From positions 45,446,001-45,510,000 of the forward strand of contig NC_043014.1 of assembly GCF_006345805.1 (NCBI RefSeq): 64,000 nucleotides of DNA, read 5' to 3'. Shown in pieces: positions 1 through 12,529 of the stretch. Each line of letters starts with the position of its first letter. Position 1 is the first letter of the stretch. Origin of the DNA: Octopus sinensis (taxonomy: Eukaryota). The notes below the pieces were generated by a model. The model was not told where the DNA came from, did not search any database, and saw only the letters and a program-made list of their open reading frames with translations. Position numbers and translations under genes: made by a program.

Positions 1-90
1 CACTGCTCCGACAACTAACAACTGATGCCGGCAGTTTGTTCCATGCTTCAGCAACTCTCAGCATGAAAAAATGTTTCCTAATGTTCAAAC
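1..90 (-). mobile_element. CR1-like LINE 3' fragment
   Basis: Minus strand reads RKHFFMLRVAEAWNKLPASVVSC. It closely matches the CR1 3' end at 60360-60430. Confidence 0.7.
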
Positions 91-544
91 TGACCAGATC
101 TGGTCTCTCACACCAACCCTACAATATCTTTTTAAATATTAACAGCTACCTCATCGAAATCTCATAGCTACAAGATAATGCCTGATTAGTTCAAAACAAT
201 GTGGATGAAAAAGGATTAATTTTGGCAGAATCATGCGAACACTAAAGGGATAAGGGAGATTTGGTTGCTATTTCCTTGAGGGATTTACCTCTGGTTAGAA
301 CATAGTGTTTCTGGTTAGAACATAGTGAATAATGCTATATAATTGTTTGCCCTTCTAGAAATAATAGTCAAATTTCCCTCAGATTACACCCAACCATCTT
401 AAGAAACAGGAAATATTGGATAATGTAGTTATGGATACACTATGCTTAGACAAAAAGAAAAGACAAAAGACAGGATGGTCACAGCTGGAACACTTTTGCT
501 TGTAGGTCTTCCAGCATCAGAGGTAACCTGGGATTAAATAATCC

Positions 545-1110
545 TTTTTACTTTCGCACAAAGCATGAAATTTAGGGGGAAGGGGCAGTTGATTAGATCG
601 AATTCAGTATGTAACTGGTACTTAATTTATCGACCCCGAGAAGATGAAAAGCAAAGTAGACCTCGGCAGAATTTGAACTCAGAACGTTGCGGCAGACAAA
701 ATACCTATTTCTTTACTACCCACAAGGGGCTAAACACAGAGGGGACAAACAAGGACAGACACACGGATTAAGTCGATTATATTGACCCCAGTGTGTAACT
801 GGTACTTATTTAATTGACCCCAAAAGGATGAAAGGCAAAGTCAACCCCGGCGGAATTTGAACTCAGAACGTGGCAGTAGACAAAATACCTATTTCTTTAC
901 TGCCCACAAGAGGCTAAACACAGAGAGGACAAACAAGGACAGACAAACAGATTAAGTCGATTATATTGACCCCAATGCATAACTGGTACTTATTTAATCG
1001 ACCCTGAAAGGATGAAAGGTAAAGTCGACCTTGGCGGAATTTGAACTTAGAACGTAGTGGCAGATGAAATACTGCTAAGCATTTTGTCTAGTGTGCCAAC
1101 AATTCTGCCA
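545..1110 (-). mobile_element. SINE family B concatemer (one tRNA-like head, three ~184-bp bodies)
   Basis: The junction motif ATACCTATTTCTTTACT recurs at 701 and 885. There is a single A-box head near 1085-1110, and the last body has a different 3' tail. Confidence 0.8.
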
Positions 1111-1570
1111 GCCCACCCCCTTTTCCTGGGAGTTAAATAATAAAATAATGTCTCTCTACATGCAAAAGGTGGACCTTTTAAACCTTTTGATACCTACCCG
1201 CTCAAGTCTGTCCCTGGTCCCATGATATAAAACTTCCTGTTTTAAAGGGATCAAAAAACTTTCCTTCAAAACTTAATGCTTGTTTATATGTCCCAAACAA
1301 GGCAGTGAGCTGGTAGGATTGTTTCCGCACCCGGCAAAATGGTTAATGGCATTGTCTGTTTTTATCTTCACAGTTCAAAATCTGCTGACCTGGGTCCTCA
1401 GAAAGGAAGCTTTGTTGTTTGAAGAGAATTGTGGAAAACGAATCCCATTCGAAGGCTGCTGACATTGCAAAACAGCTAGACATTAGTCCAAGAATGTGAA
1501 ATACATATCTGCATAAGTTTCGGTATTATGGATGAGCAGCTAGAAGAAAATCTCTCCTTCAACCAATTAA

Positions 1571-1880
1571 TCTTTATATATAAAACTGAAGTTGTGTGTG
1601 TGAGAGTCTGTCTACTCCGATTTAGATTCCTAACTACTCCCACATTTTGCAGTGCAGTTTAACCAAAAGCGGGTATCTTATAGTCGTGATTCATATCGAG
1701 CCCTTCTGGGTATTAGCACACGTCTATGATGAGTCTACGATTAAAAAAAAAATTTACCATCATTTTTTCGTTTTTTTAATGCATTTTTTGCTCAGTTTAT
1801 ATAAGGGAAGTAACTCTCTAAAAAATGCTTATATAGTTATCTCCCTTACAAGGCCGAGCAACGCAGGGCGATACTGCTAG
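1571..1880 (+). mobile_element. Non-autonomous Helitron
   Basis: Begins TC after A and ends CTAG before T, with the subterminal GC-rich hairpin CCGAGCAACGCAGGG. A near-identical copy is at 37292-37596. Confidence 0.8.
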
Positions 1881-1919
1881 TATCAGATAAAAGATTTTGA
1901 AAATTAAAGATGTCTATTT

Positions 1920-2340
1920 ACTTCCTGCATGTCCGTATATGTATAGTTTCTGTTATTTAGGCGACCAAATTAGTAATGGTAGTGGATGCTCTGAAAGTAT
2001 TGTTTCTAGAACAAGAACAGGGTGGAGGAAGTTCAGAGAACTACTACCTCTGTGGGCAGCAAAAGGACTCTCTCTCAGAGTGAAAGGTAGACTGTATGAT
2101 GCTTGTGTGAGAAATGCTATGTTACATGGTAGTGAGACATGGGCTCTGACTGTGGAGGATATGTATTGGTTGGAGAGGAATGAAGGTAGTATGCTCTGTT
2201 GGATTTGCAACATCAGTGTGCATGACTGACGAAGCACAACTGTGTTGAGAGAAAAGTTAGGCATAAGAGGGATTAAATATGGCATGCAGGAGAGGAGAAT
2301 GCATTGGTTTGGACATGTGATGCGTATGAGTGAAGACAGA
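1920..2340 (+). mobile_element. RTE-clade LINE ORF2 C-terminal fragment
   Basis: Reads FCYLGDQIS...LSLRVKGRLYDACVRNAMLHGSETW...WFGHVMRM with an in-frame stop. It is homologous to the RTE at 23843-24400. Confidence 0.85.
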
Positions 2341-2352
2341 TGTATATATATA

Positions 2353-2389
<37 letters not shown>

Positions 2390-2397
2390 GTGTATAT

Positions 2398-2980
2398 ACT
2401 CTTTACTCTTTTACTTGTTTCAGTCATTTGACTGTGGCTATGCTGGAGCACCGCCTTTAGTCGAGCAAATTGACCCGGGACTTATTCTTTGTAAGCCTAG
2501 TACTTATTCTATCGGTCTCTTTTGCCGAACCGCTAAGTGACGGGGACGCAACACACCAGCATCGGTTGTCAAGCAATGCTAGGGGGACAAACACAGACAC
2601 ACAAACACACACACACATATATATATATACATATATACGACGTGCTTCTTTCAGTTTCCGTCAACCAAATCCACTCACAAGGCTTTGGTCGGCTCGGGGC
2701 TATAGCAGAAGACACTTGCCCAAGATGCCACGCAGTGGGACTGAACCCAGAACCATGTGGTTGGTAAGCAAGCTACTTACCACACAGCCACTCCTGCGCC
2801 TATATATACATATATACGACAGGCTTCTTTCAGTTTCTGTCTACCAAATACACTCACACGGCATTGGTCGGCTCGGGGCTATAGCAGAAGACACTTGCCC
2901 AAGATGCCACGCAGTGGGACTGAACCCAGAACCATGTGGTTGGTAAGCAAGCTACTTACCACACAGCCACTCCTGCGCCT
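2398..2980 (-). mobile_element. SINE family A (tRNA-derived) plus tandem duplicate of its 5' half
   Basis: Head GGCGCAGGAGTGGCTGTGTGGTAAG...GGTTCAGTCCC, internal (TA/CA)n, tail (AGTAAAAG)n. More than 15 copies or fragments occur in the window. Confidence 0.85.
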
Positions 2981-3496
2981 ATATATATATATATTTATAT
3001 ATCCTCTTTTCAATAACATTTTACGGGAACGAAACATTGCAATCACTACCTCCCCACTTCTCTCTCTGCCATTACCATCCTTGCCACCACTCCCTACCAC
3101 CCACTGAATTCACACCAGCTAGTTTCATATTTACAGTTAAGGATCTATATACCAAAGGAAGCAATATTTCATAAACACGCTTGTTTCCACTGAACGACCT
3201 CTTCCATTTCACAAAACTATCTGGAGACGCCAGACAGATGCGACGCCTCATCAATCATATCGAACTGCTTTGACTCTTGTGTATGTTATGAAAATGTCTG
3301 TCTTTCAAATATTTATTTGTCTTTTTCTTTTCTTTTTTTTTTTTGAGGGAGGCGGCGGGTGTCTCGCTTCTTTTGTTTTTTCCTTTTTTTTTGTTGTTGT
3401 TTCTCACAAATGTTTGTATGTGTATATATATATACAATATGCATCATATATATATGTATATATACACATACTTAAACACACATACATATATACATA

Positions 3497-3545
<49 letters not shown>

Positions 3546-3562
3546 CACACACACATATATAT

Positions 3563-3770
3563 AGTTAATCCAAACAAGAAAGCACAAAAAAAACACAACA
3601 ACGCGAGGACGCGGAACAAATATAGTATTATTGGACGCTCAGGAAAGAAGGAGGGTTCAACGTTTCGAGCGGAGCTCTTCGTCGGAAACATTGGAGAAGG
3701 AAAGATCCAGAGAAGGGAAGACAGAAGAAAAAAAATCGCCAACGGTACACACGCGGTCACATTTTGAAAA
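3563..3770 (-). mobile_element. Short hammerhead-bearing element (PLE pseudo-LTR / retrozyme-like), copy 1
   Basis: A ~200-bp element in (TA)n, homologous to 4757-4955 in the opposite orientation and carrying a minimal hammerhead. Confidence 0.6.
3655..3689 (-). ncRNA. Minimal type-I hammerhead ribozyme motif (U4C variant)
   Basis: GTTT-CCGACGA-A-GAGC(TCC)GCTC-GAAAC-GTT-GAAC: stem I, core, stem II and palindromic ACGT stem III. Confidence 0.6.
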
Positions 3771-4139
3771 GCATGTATATATATATATATACACATACAC
3801 ACGTATTTATGTAGATATATTCCAGCATGGAAAATGGATGTTAAACAATGATGATGATTCTGTGATTCATATCTATCTGTTCATCCATATCCATACACAC
3901 ACACAAATACACTCATGTAAATACATTGCCCTTACATTTAAAAGACTAAATAATCAATACGTTTCTAATTGTCTTTCTAACCCAATCAACATATCTCAGT
4001 AAAACCTATCTGACCAATGAAACAGACCAATCATATTTGCTAACAAATCAAACCGCTCTCCCTTTCAGTTGTTACCAGCAGCAACAACGACAACAACAAC
4101 AGCAACGACATATAACAACAACAACAACAATATTAATAG

Positions 4140-4325
4140 CAAGAAAACAAACTATGCTGGATCATAGACATAGCATGCCCAGCTGACCACAAGGCATGCG
4201 ATAAGGAAGAAAGAAAAGTCGAGAGATATGATAGGTTAGCTTAGGAAGCTAAGCAGTTGTGGTCGATGAAAAGGGTAGCAGTAGTACCAATAATTGTCGG
4301 AGCCCTGGGAACAGTGAGCAAAAAA
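4140..4325 (+). mobile_element. R4/Dong-like LINE restriction-like endonuclease fragment
   Basis: Reads WIIDIACPADHKACDKEERKVERYDRLA*EAKQLWSMKRVAVVPIIVGALGTVSK, the RLE D..P.D....KE..K..KY...PIVIGALG pattern. Confidence 0.7.
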
Positions 4326-4720
4326 TCTCACTCACAAGGCTTTGGTGAGTCCAAGGCTATAGTAGAAGACACTTGCCCATGGTGCCACGCAGTGGGAATG
4401 AACCCGGAACCATGTGGTTGGTAAGCAAGCTACTTACCACTCAATCAGTCCTGTGCCATATATATATATATATATATACAAAATAAGAAAATGGAGGAAT
4501 AGATTTCAATCAATCATCAACTTCCAGATAATACCAATTCATATAATTTATTAACTAATTATTTATATTAAATAGGAACATCCAAATCCAACAGAATAAA
4601 ACAGAATAAAACAATATACATCAATAAGTAAGATAATACCATAAGGATAATACATATAAAATGGATCTTACAGCTGTTTCAGCCTGTAGTGGGTTACACT
4701 CATAACCCCTGTCTCACTTT

Positions 4721-4756
<36 letters not shown>

Positions 4757-4759
<3 letters not shown>

Positions 4760-4955
4760 TGTGACCTTTTAGTATGTGACTTCGTCTGTATCACTAGCGA
4801 TTTTTTTCCCCTGTCTTTCCTTCTCCTATGTTTCCGACGAAAAGCTCCGCTCGAAACGTCAAACCCTCCTTATTCCCTTCTTTCCTGAGCGTCCAATAAT
4901 ACTTTATTTGTTCCACGTCCTCGCGTTGTTGTGTTTTTGTTTTTGTTTTCTTGTT
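4757..4955 (+). mobile_element. Short hammerhead-bearing element, copy 2
   Basis: Homologous to 3563-3770 and flanked by (TA)n. Confidence 0.6.
4830..4864 (+). ncRNA. Minimal type-I hammerhead ribozyme motif (U4C variant)
   Basis: GTTT-CCGACGA-A-AAGC(TCC)GCTC-GAAAC-GTC-AAAC: perfect stem I and a GUC cleavage triplet. Confidence 0.6.
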
Positions 4956-4960
4956 TGGAT

Positions 4961-5009
<49 letters not shown>

Positions 5010-5721
5010 CACACACATACAGATATATACATATATATACTTTGGATCATAGACAGGCCATTTGTATTGGAATTGGTCATTTGGATTGGAATTGACTCGG
5101 GGCTAAATAGTAGTAGCAACAACAATATCAACAAGTACCAAAATATTGCCATTTCTTCAGAGTCTAATTATAGACATTAGAAAATTATGTCAGGGTTTAT
5201 ACCGAAGTCTTTCAAGAACAAATGTATTATTTGCGTTCACCAATCTTGCTTCTTTGACACAAATCTAATATTCTTCACTGCCAAATTAATAGTAAAAATG
5301 TGAGTGACCAAAATAGAATTTTCCAGGATGACTTTGCAGGAAGCCAGAAACCATGAAAGTAACCTTTTTTTAATTATTTCAACTGTGGCAGAAGAAATTC
5401 TTTAAAGATTTAGAGAGAAAAATGAAATTTTTCTGACGAAGGAAGCCGGAGAATCTTCTGCAGTATAGATTTCTAAGAATTATTGGTTAGATTCCAAAAT
5501 AAAACGAAATTTAATCAAAATCAAAAGAAACACTTTACTGTCTTCCTGGAAGTCTTTGAGAGATTCTTCTGTGTATTTCCTCCTCCTCCTCCTCCCCCCA
5601 TCATCATCATCATCTAACGTCTATTTTCCATGCTGGCATGGGTTAGATGATTTGACAGGAGCTAAGGCTGGAGTTTCACTGTGTGGCTTGGCATGGTTTC
5701 TACAACTTGATGACCTTCCTC

Positions 5722-6125
5722 TCTCTCTTTTACTTGTTTCAGTCATTTGACTGCGGCCATGCTGCAGCACCGCCTTTAGTCGAGCAAATTGACCCCGGGA
5801 CTTATTCTTTGTAAGCCCAGTACTTATTCTATCGGTCTCTTTTGCCGAGCCGCTAAGTGACGGGGACGTAAACACACCAGCATTGGTTGTCAAGCAATGC
5901 TAGAGGGACAAACATATACACAAACATACATATATATATATATATATATACATACATATATACGACTGGCTTTTTTCAGTTTCTGTCTACCAAATCCACT
6001 CACAAGGCTTTGGTTGGCCCGGGGCTATAGTAGAAGACACTTGCCCAAGATGCCATGCAGTGGGAACGAACTTGGAACCATGTGGTTGGTAAGCAAGCTA
6101 CTTACCACACAGCCACTCCTGCACC
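5722..6125 (-). mobile_element. SINE family A
   Basis: Full-length match to the other family A copies. Confidence 0.85.
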
Positions 6126-6461
6126 TACTCCTAATGCCAACCACTTTACAGAATGCACTGGGGTCTTTTTTACGTGGCCCCCAGCACTTGTGCATGACAG
6201 TCTAGGCAAGAGTCTTCTCTTTGAAGTGATTAGTTACTATGTTAGAGTAATTCGACCTCGGTGGAATTTGAACTCAGATTGTAACAACAGGCAAAATGCC
6301 ACTCAGCATTTCATCCAGCATGCTACTGATTCTACCAGCTCACTGCCTTAATAATAATAACAATAATAATAATAATGACAGCTGCTGACTCTTGTGATTG
6401 ACCTCTCACAGCAACATATACACCAACACTAACACACAGATCCTACCACACACAGGTTCTG

Positions 6462-6494
<33 letters not shown>

Positions 6495-6498
<4 letters not shown>

Positions 6499-6850
6499 TC
6501 ATCATCATCATCATCATTTAACGTCCGCTTTCCATGCTAGCATGGGTTGGACGGTTCAACTGGGGTCTGGGGAGCCCGAAGGCTGCACCAGGCCAGTCAG
6601 ATCTGGCAGTGTTTCTACAACTGGATGCCCTTCCTAACGCCAACCACTCCGAGAGTGTAGTGGGTGATTTTATGTGCCACCGACACAGGTGCCAGACGAG
6701 GCTGGCAGACGGCCACGCTCGGATGGTGTTTGTTACGTGCCCACAGCACGGAGGCCAGTCGATGCGGTACTGGCTACGGCCACGTTCGGATGGTTTTCTT
6801 ATGTGCCGCCGGCACTGGTACCACAAAGATACAAATTCCATTGATGTTCA
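6495..6850 (-). mobile_element. RTE 3'-tail repeat (truncated LINE or RTE-tailed SINE)
   Basis: Ends CCAACCCATGCTAGCATGGAAAGCGGACGTTAAA(TGA)n, the same tail as the RTE at 23019. Confidence 0.8.
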
Positions 6851-7049
6851 TCTATTTTGATTTGGTTTGATATATATATATATATATAATATATGGAGCA
6901 AATAATTCAGGAGAAAAAATATTTGTGAAGATATCATTGACTCTATTATTAGCTAGTGTAACAATTAAAAATGATAATAACAGAATGACTGTTATTTCCA
7001 GCAGGCAGACATACTTAGTATGTCCTTTGATTAATTGTATATATATATG

Positions 7050-7253
7050 CTGGTGGCACGTAAAAAGCACCCACTACACTCACGGAGTGGTTGGCATTAG
7101 GAAGGGCATCCAGCCCTAGAAACACTGCCAGATCAGACTGGGCCTGATGCAGCCATCTGGCTTCACAGACCCCAGTTGAACTGTCCAACCCATGCTAGCA
7201 TGGTAAGCGGACGCTAAATGATGATGATGATGATATATATATGTGTATGTATG

Positions 7254-7323
<70 letters not shown>

Positions 7324-7470
7324 ATGTATATGTATGTGTGTATGTATGTATAAAACATTGCCAGATCAGACTGGGCCTGGTGCAGCCTTCTGGCTTCCCA
7401 GACCCCAGTTGAACCGTCCAACCCATGCTAGCATGGAAAGCGGATGCTAAACGATGATGATAATGATGAT
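7050..7470 (+). mobile_element. Two tandem RTE 3'-tail repeats
   Basis: The same tail ending in (GAT)n occurs at ~7235 and ~7470. Confidence 0.75.
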
Positions 7471-8559
7471 GTTATATATTTTTATGTATATATTTATACA
7501 CACACACACACACACACACATATTTCTACACTCACGCACATAAATATTTCTATCGCGAAAAATTATTTCAGAGGAACCCCTCATAGTTAAATTAATCATC
7601 CTGTAAAGTTTTGTATATTTTTGTCAAGTCATTCCACTGTTAATAACGACAGCTGGAAAAAGTAAATGATTAGTTTAGAAATAGCCAGGCCTGACTTCTT
7701 AATAAAATAGAAAAGAATAATAGAGATTTATAAATAACTTTTGAGTGGCTGAGAGGGAGAAAGATGGAGGTAAGGAGAGAGGGGAATTGGGATGGAGGAG
7801 AGGGAAGGAGAGAGGTGGGAGGAATATGGAGGGAGAGAGTCAAATCTAATCACAAGTATTTGAGAAGTCCTACTTCAATAATGACCATTTAATGAACAAG
7901 TAAAAATTTTAGTATTAGCATGGAGGAGAGAAAAATTATCAAATGTTTGAAAATGGAAAAGCTGCTTGTGTGATGTCGTTAGCTTTGAGAACTCAGAATC
8001 TGTAATTACTATCCTTGTTGTATGACAGGAATTTTAGCATGATTATTTTATGATTCACTTTCCTAAAATGGACCTTTTGGCAGTGAAAAAGAGCATGTAA
8101 AAATATATCCCTGATAATTAACGACAGCGAAGTTTTGACCCTTTTGATACCAACCCACCTGAGTCTGCTCCTAAGTTCTATGGTAGAAAGTTCTTGCTTT
8201 AAGGTTATGTAGCGGACTCACGGCAGCCATTGTCATCTCCGAGACTAGAGTGAGACCTCACCTGCATCCATTTGCCATGTGCGAGATCACATTTTCTTGT
8301 GATGGAGAAAACTATATAAAGGAAAAACCCGATTTAGATTTCTCTTTTTTTTGGCACCACCTCACAGCAGCGCTGGCTGAACTCCACCTCTGGCTGAAGC
8401 TTTCTGCCCGTCTATCTAGAGAGGCAATGCACCCACACTAATGGAGCTACATACACAACACACACAGCTAAAGATGGTAGCTGAGAGCAGCACACTACAT
8501 CCATCCTGTAAATCCTGTAAATAAACCAGTTGTAAATAGCATTTGTACTTGAAGTCTTC

Positions 8560-8872
8560 TCTTTTCCTTTTGAACGGCAGTTAGGGGTTGGGGAAGGGTA
8601 TCTTATTTTCTTCACAAATGTAAATAAACCCAATCTGTTTCTTAAAGGAGAGACATAGTCAATATGCACAGAATGTTATGGAGGTAATTGATTGGTTAAA
8701 ATTGCCGAAATGCAAGAAATTTCAGACGAAATATCTTACAACCTATAGAATTTTCTCAATAAAGCCAAGAGAAAAAGATGTTTTATAAACACATTCTACC
8801 AGTATACGAAGTTTAAAACTTTTTAGTTACCTAGAAATTATGTTACAAACTGCCGTTCAAAAGGAAAAGATC
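8560..8872. mobile_element. MITE with GATCTTTTCCTTTTGAACGGCAG terminal inverted repeats
   Basis: Inverted termini; related copies at 12098-12380 and 14610-15008. Superfamily not assigned. Confidence 0.75.
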
Positions 8873-10974
8873 TCTTCTCTCTTCGCCTGCCGAAAGCCTG
8901 AACTACATAAGTATCCGTATCTGCAATGAATCAAAGAGGGAGACGTCTGTGAGTATTTGTGCGTACATACACACAGATGTATATGTGTATAACAATGTTT
9001 TTGTGTGTGTGAGAGAAGTATAAAAAGGAGGAGTAGAGAGGGAAAGAGTATAAGCTACCGACTGATACATGCTACATTTGCAGACATACTCATGTGTGAA
9101 GGGCCCAAACACATCCACGCTTATAACCAAAACTGTATGTGGTCTTCTGTTTGCGACCATGGCGATAAACCAAGTTTATCGAACAAATAAAGAAGAAACT
9201 ATTTTACCTAACCGCAGAAATATCTAGAAAATATTCTCAAACATTTTACTAGCAACAACACTTGTCTAAGACTAAGTCTTACTGAAATAACGAGTTTGTA
9301 ACTATATTCCCTTGACATAGCTATGAGTACATCTTGAGAAATCTTCATTTCTTGATCGTTATTTTTATTGTTACTTAATGTCGCATTCTCTTTTCAGTCA
9401 TACAGTTTTTTTTCCACTGAAATATTCTCTGAATGTATCGAGGATGAAGTATATGTTTCCAGTTGGGGGCCTTCCCCGTCAGGTTTCCTCTCCTGAAAAG
9501 AGTTCGTAGGGGTAGAGGAACACAACCGAAACCCTAGTAAATATGTTATTGTACCAACCAGCTTGTTATGGATTCAAAGGTACATAAACACCCACCATAA
9601 ACATCAAAAAACAAGATGATAACGATGCTCTGTAAGTCCCTGACACACACATTCCCTACCCTCTTATTCACCGCAGACAATTGAAAGAGACAAAATTATT
9701 TGAAACGAAGTCTAGAGAAACCGTTATGGCTATATCATGACGCCATGATGAACAAATCTTAATAACACTTACACACAAACGTTTATACACAATACACAGG
9801 CATATATGAGAAAATGCCATTACATTTTATTAAGCATCAAGCAATAATGCTTCAAATATGTATATTTAATATTTTTTAAAGTATAAAGATTAGAATATAT
9901 GTGCAACAAGGATATTATTGTCTGATCCAATTTGTAGTAAAGACGCAACAGACTCTTGCCATGGCATTAGAGAAAAAATAAATTCTGCATATAACTCAAA
10001 AATAATCTGCTGGTGTCATTACTGTACTGGATTAAACAATGGTGTCTTTGTGAAAAATATATATTATAAATATTAAAAGCGTCATTAAATAAGCATATTT
10101 TGAAGTTGATATGGCATCCTCGCTCAGTTGACTGTCTTCGTAATGTGAAGAAAGAGAGCATCGCCATTTTAGTTCAAAATATGAACAAAATATTTCTAAG
10201 TACGATATTCTTTTATTGGTCTCAGTCATTCGATTGAAACCATGCTGGGGTACCAACCTTAAGAGATCTTTTTAAGGCAATCATTCTTGTTTTAGTTAAC
10301 CCTTATTTTACGCACAACATTTAACCCTTATAACTTTTGTATTTTTTCGGAATTTTCAGAGAATTTATGCAAATTTGTATTCTACACCCGAGAATTCACA
10401 CAATTAGGCAAAAAAAAAAGGGAGGGGAGGTGATTTAAAGTCTATTTGGCTATTATTTTTAGCACATCTCTCGACCAGAGTACAAGTGGCTGATGGACAC
10501 AAGCAGCAGAACAGCGTCAGCATACATGCTTTCGTGTAGAATATATCTGGTGTATTAATGTAGTTTTCCAAGCTGAATATCTGAAGATATTTCTTTAAAG
10601 TTTGCAAATTCTGAGTAATTATAGCCAATCGAAAGCCACAGACACATTGATGCCTGCTTCCATTGTAACAAGCGAAGCTGCAGTCTGCTTAAAACTACCA
10701 CTATGTGTATTTTATTTACTTGTATATTTTCTTTGACGACAATCTAATGGCTGAAACAAGTGAAACATTATTATTATTATGGGTTTTTCCACGAGTAACC
10801 GTTCGAAGCTCCTCCCCCTATTGGGAGTTTTTATTTGTTATACTTTCGTTGTTATCTTGCATTTTTACACAGACTTTTCAAACGGACAAAACCCTTTTTG
10901 TAACTTTCGTCCTGTATTTTGTCCTTACATATTTTATTTGATTTTTGTTAGCCCCTGTGGCCAATAAACGAATT

Positions 10975-10997
10975 AATTATTATTATTATTATTATTA

Positions 10998-11044
<47 letters not shown>

Positions 11045-11450
11045 GTTTGACTTTTGCTTTATATTTGTACAAGTTGGCTCCAAGTCTCACCCAGAGACCT
11101 CAAGAGACAACAGGTTGGAAGTTCACATTGTTGTTATGCCTAGTGTGCCATATATTTGGTTGTTTTTTGTGTTGTACTAGTGGATGTCTAAAAAAGAAAA
11201 CATGTTTGTTTTAAACCTTGAGATTACTTAGAAAGTATTTTGTGTAGGATATGAGCAGTTCCCATGAGCACTATCTTTTGAATTTCTGCCATTTTTGGGT
11301 TTCCTGGTATCTGAGTTAGGTAGCAATCAGCCCCTTTTGCTATCATTCCCAGGGCACCTATGATAACAGGTATTGTTTTAGTCTTCAGGTTCCACATTTT
11401 GCTGATTTCTATTTCAAGATCTTTATATTTGCTCAGTTTTTGGTAGGTCT
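10975..11450 (-). mobile_element. R4/Dong-like LINE 3' end in (TAA)n
   Basis: Reads KLSKYKDLEIEISKMWNLKTKTIPVIIGALGMIAKG...EIQKIVLMGTAHILHKILS*, with (TAA)n on both sides. Confidence 0.8.
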
Positions 11451-12097
11451 TGATAGATATTATTATTATATTATTATATTATCTTGACAGATTATTATTA
11501 TTATTATTATTATTGTTATCATTTTGTGTATGCCTGGGATCCAAAAATGTTTTGGAAGCTCTTACAAGCCTACTCTCTGCACATCAAAATCAGATCTATT
11601 AGCAGCCTTTTCTATTTTAATCGCGCAATTATATTGAAAGAGAGGATAAGCAATAATGGAGATTAATTTAAAGATACTTATGAACGACGTGGTCAAAACG
11701 TGATTTATTTTGCATTTTTGTTTATTTCTTCTCAGATAATTTCTAAATTACATTGCAATAGTGTGTGCTATTTTAAACTATAGTTTAAAATAACCTCGAT
11801 TTATGGAAAATATTTATTTTTGAAAGCTGTGTGTAAAACATTCGGTAGTAATTTACAACTAAGATAATAGAAAATGCAGAAAACTTTTATTTTCTCAGGA
11901 TCCGTTTTCTATAAAATTGCTAACCTTGAACCCTGCAACGGACTAGCATCCCTCTTAAGGGGAGTGCTGTAATCTCGGCCTCATGACAGAGCCTCAATGT
12001 GCTAGATGTAGTATCCAAATCTTCCTCAAATTGTATCCAGCCAACTTAAATAGGGAACAATACTTTGGATGATGTAAATTTAAGATATACTATGTAT

Positions 12098-12380
12098 GGA
12101 TCTTTTCGGTTTGAACGGCAGTTTTTAACGTAATTTCTAGGTAACTAAAAAATTTTAAACTTCGTATACTGGTAGAATGGGATCTTTTCCTTTTGAACGG
12201 CAGTTTTCAACACAATTTCTACTTAACTAAACACTTTTAAACTTCGTATACTGGTAGAATGTATTTATAAAACATCATTTTTTTTGGCTTTATTGAGAAA
12301 ATTCTATAGTTTGTAACATATTTCCACTTTAAAATCGAGCATTTCGGCAATTTTAACCGCCGTTCAAAAGGAAAAGATCC
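12098..12380. mobile_element. MITE (GAACGGCAG TIR family), partial plus complete copy
   Basis: TIR at 12098 and 12180; closing TIR ends at 12380. Confidence 0.75.
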
Positions 12381-12529
12381 TTTTTGTGTTTTATTTACTT
12401 TGTTTAAAAAATTATTTACTTTGTGTTTTTATGTTTTATTTAAAAAAATTTATTTATTTTGTGTTTTATTTACTTTGCTAGGTAGTCATAGGATCGACTA
12501 GTCACGACTAGCTAGCATGGATGCGTGAG

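Noticed and set aside
5433-5470. CTGACGA followed by a hairpin, possible hammerhead
   Set aside because: No GAAA or NUH follows stem II, and no stem I pairing.
2242-7450. Many 60-165 aa ORFs (e.g. MTRDLFFVSLVLILSVSFAEP..., poly-YI and poly-HT tracts)
   Set aside because: They are readings of SINE families A/B, RTE tails and (TA)/(CA) microsatellites. The same peptides recur at every repeat copy across the window.
10404-10690. Minus-strand frame with CSFACYNGSRHQCVCGF, superficially EGF-like
   Set aside because: Cysteine spacing is incomplete, no convincing donor was found, and it lies beside a LINE tail.
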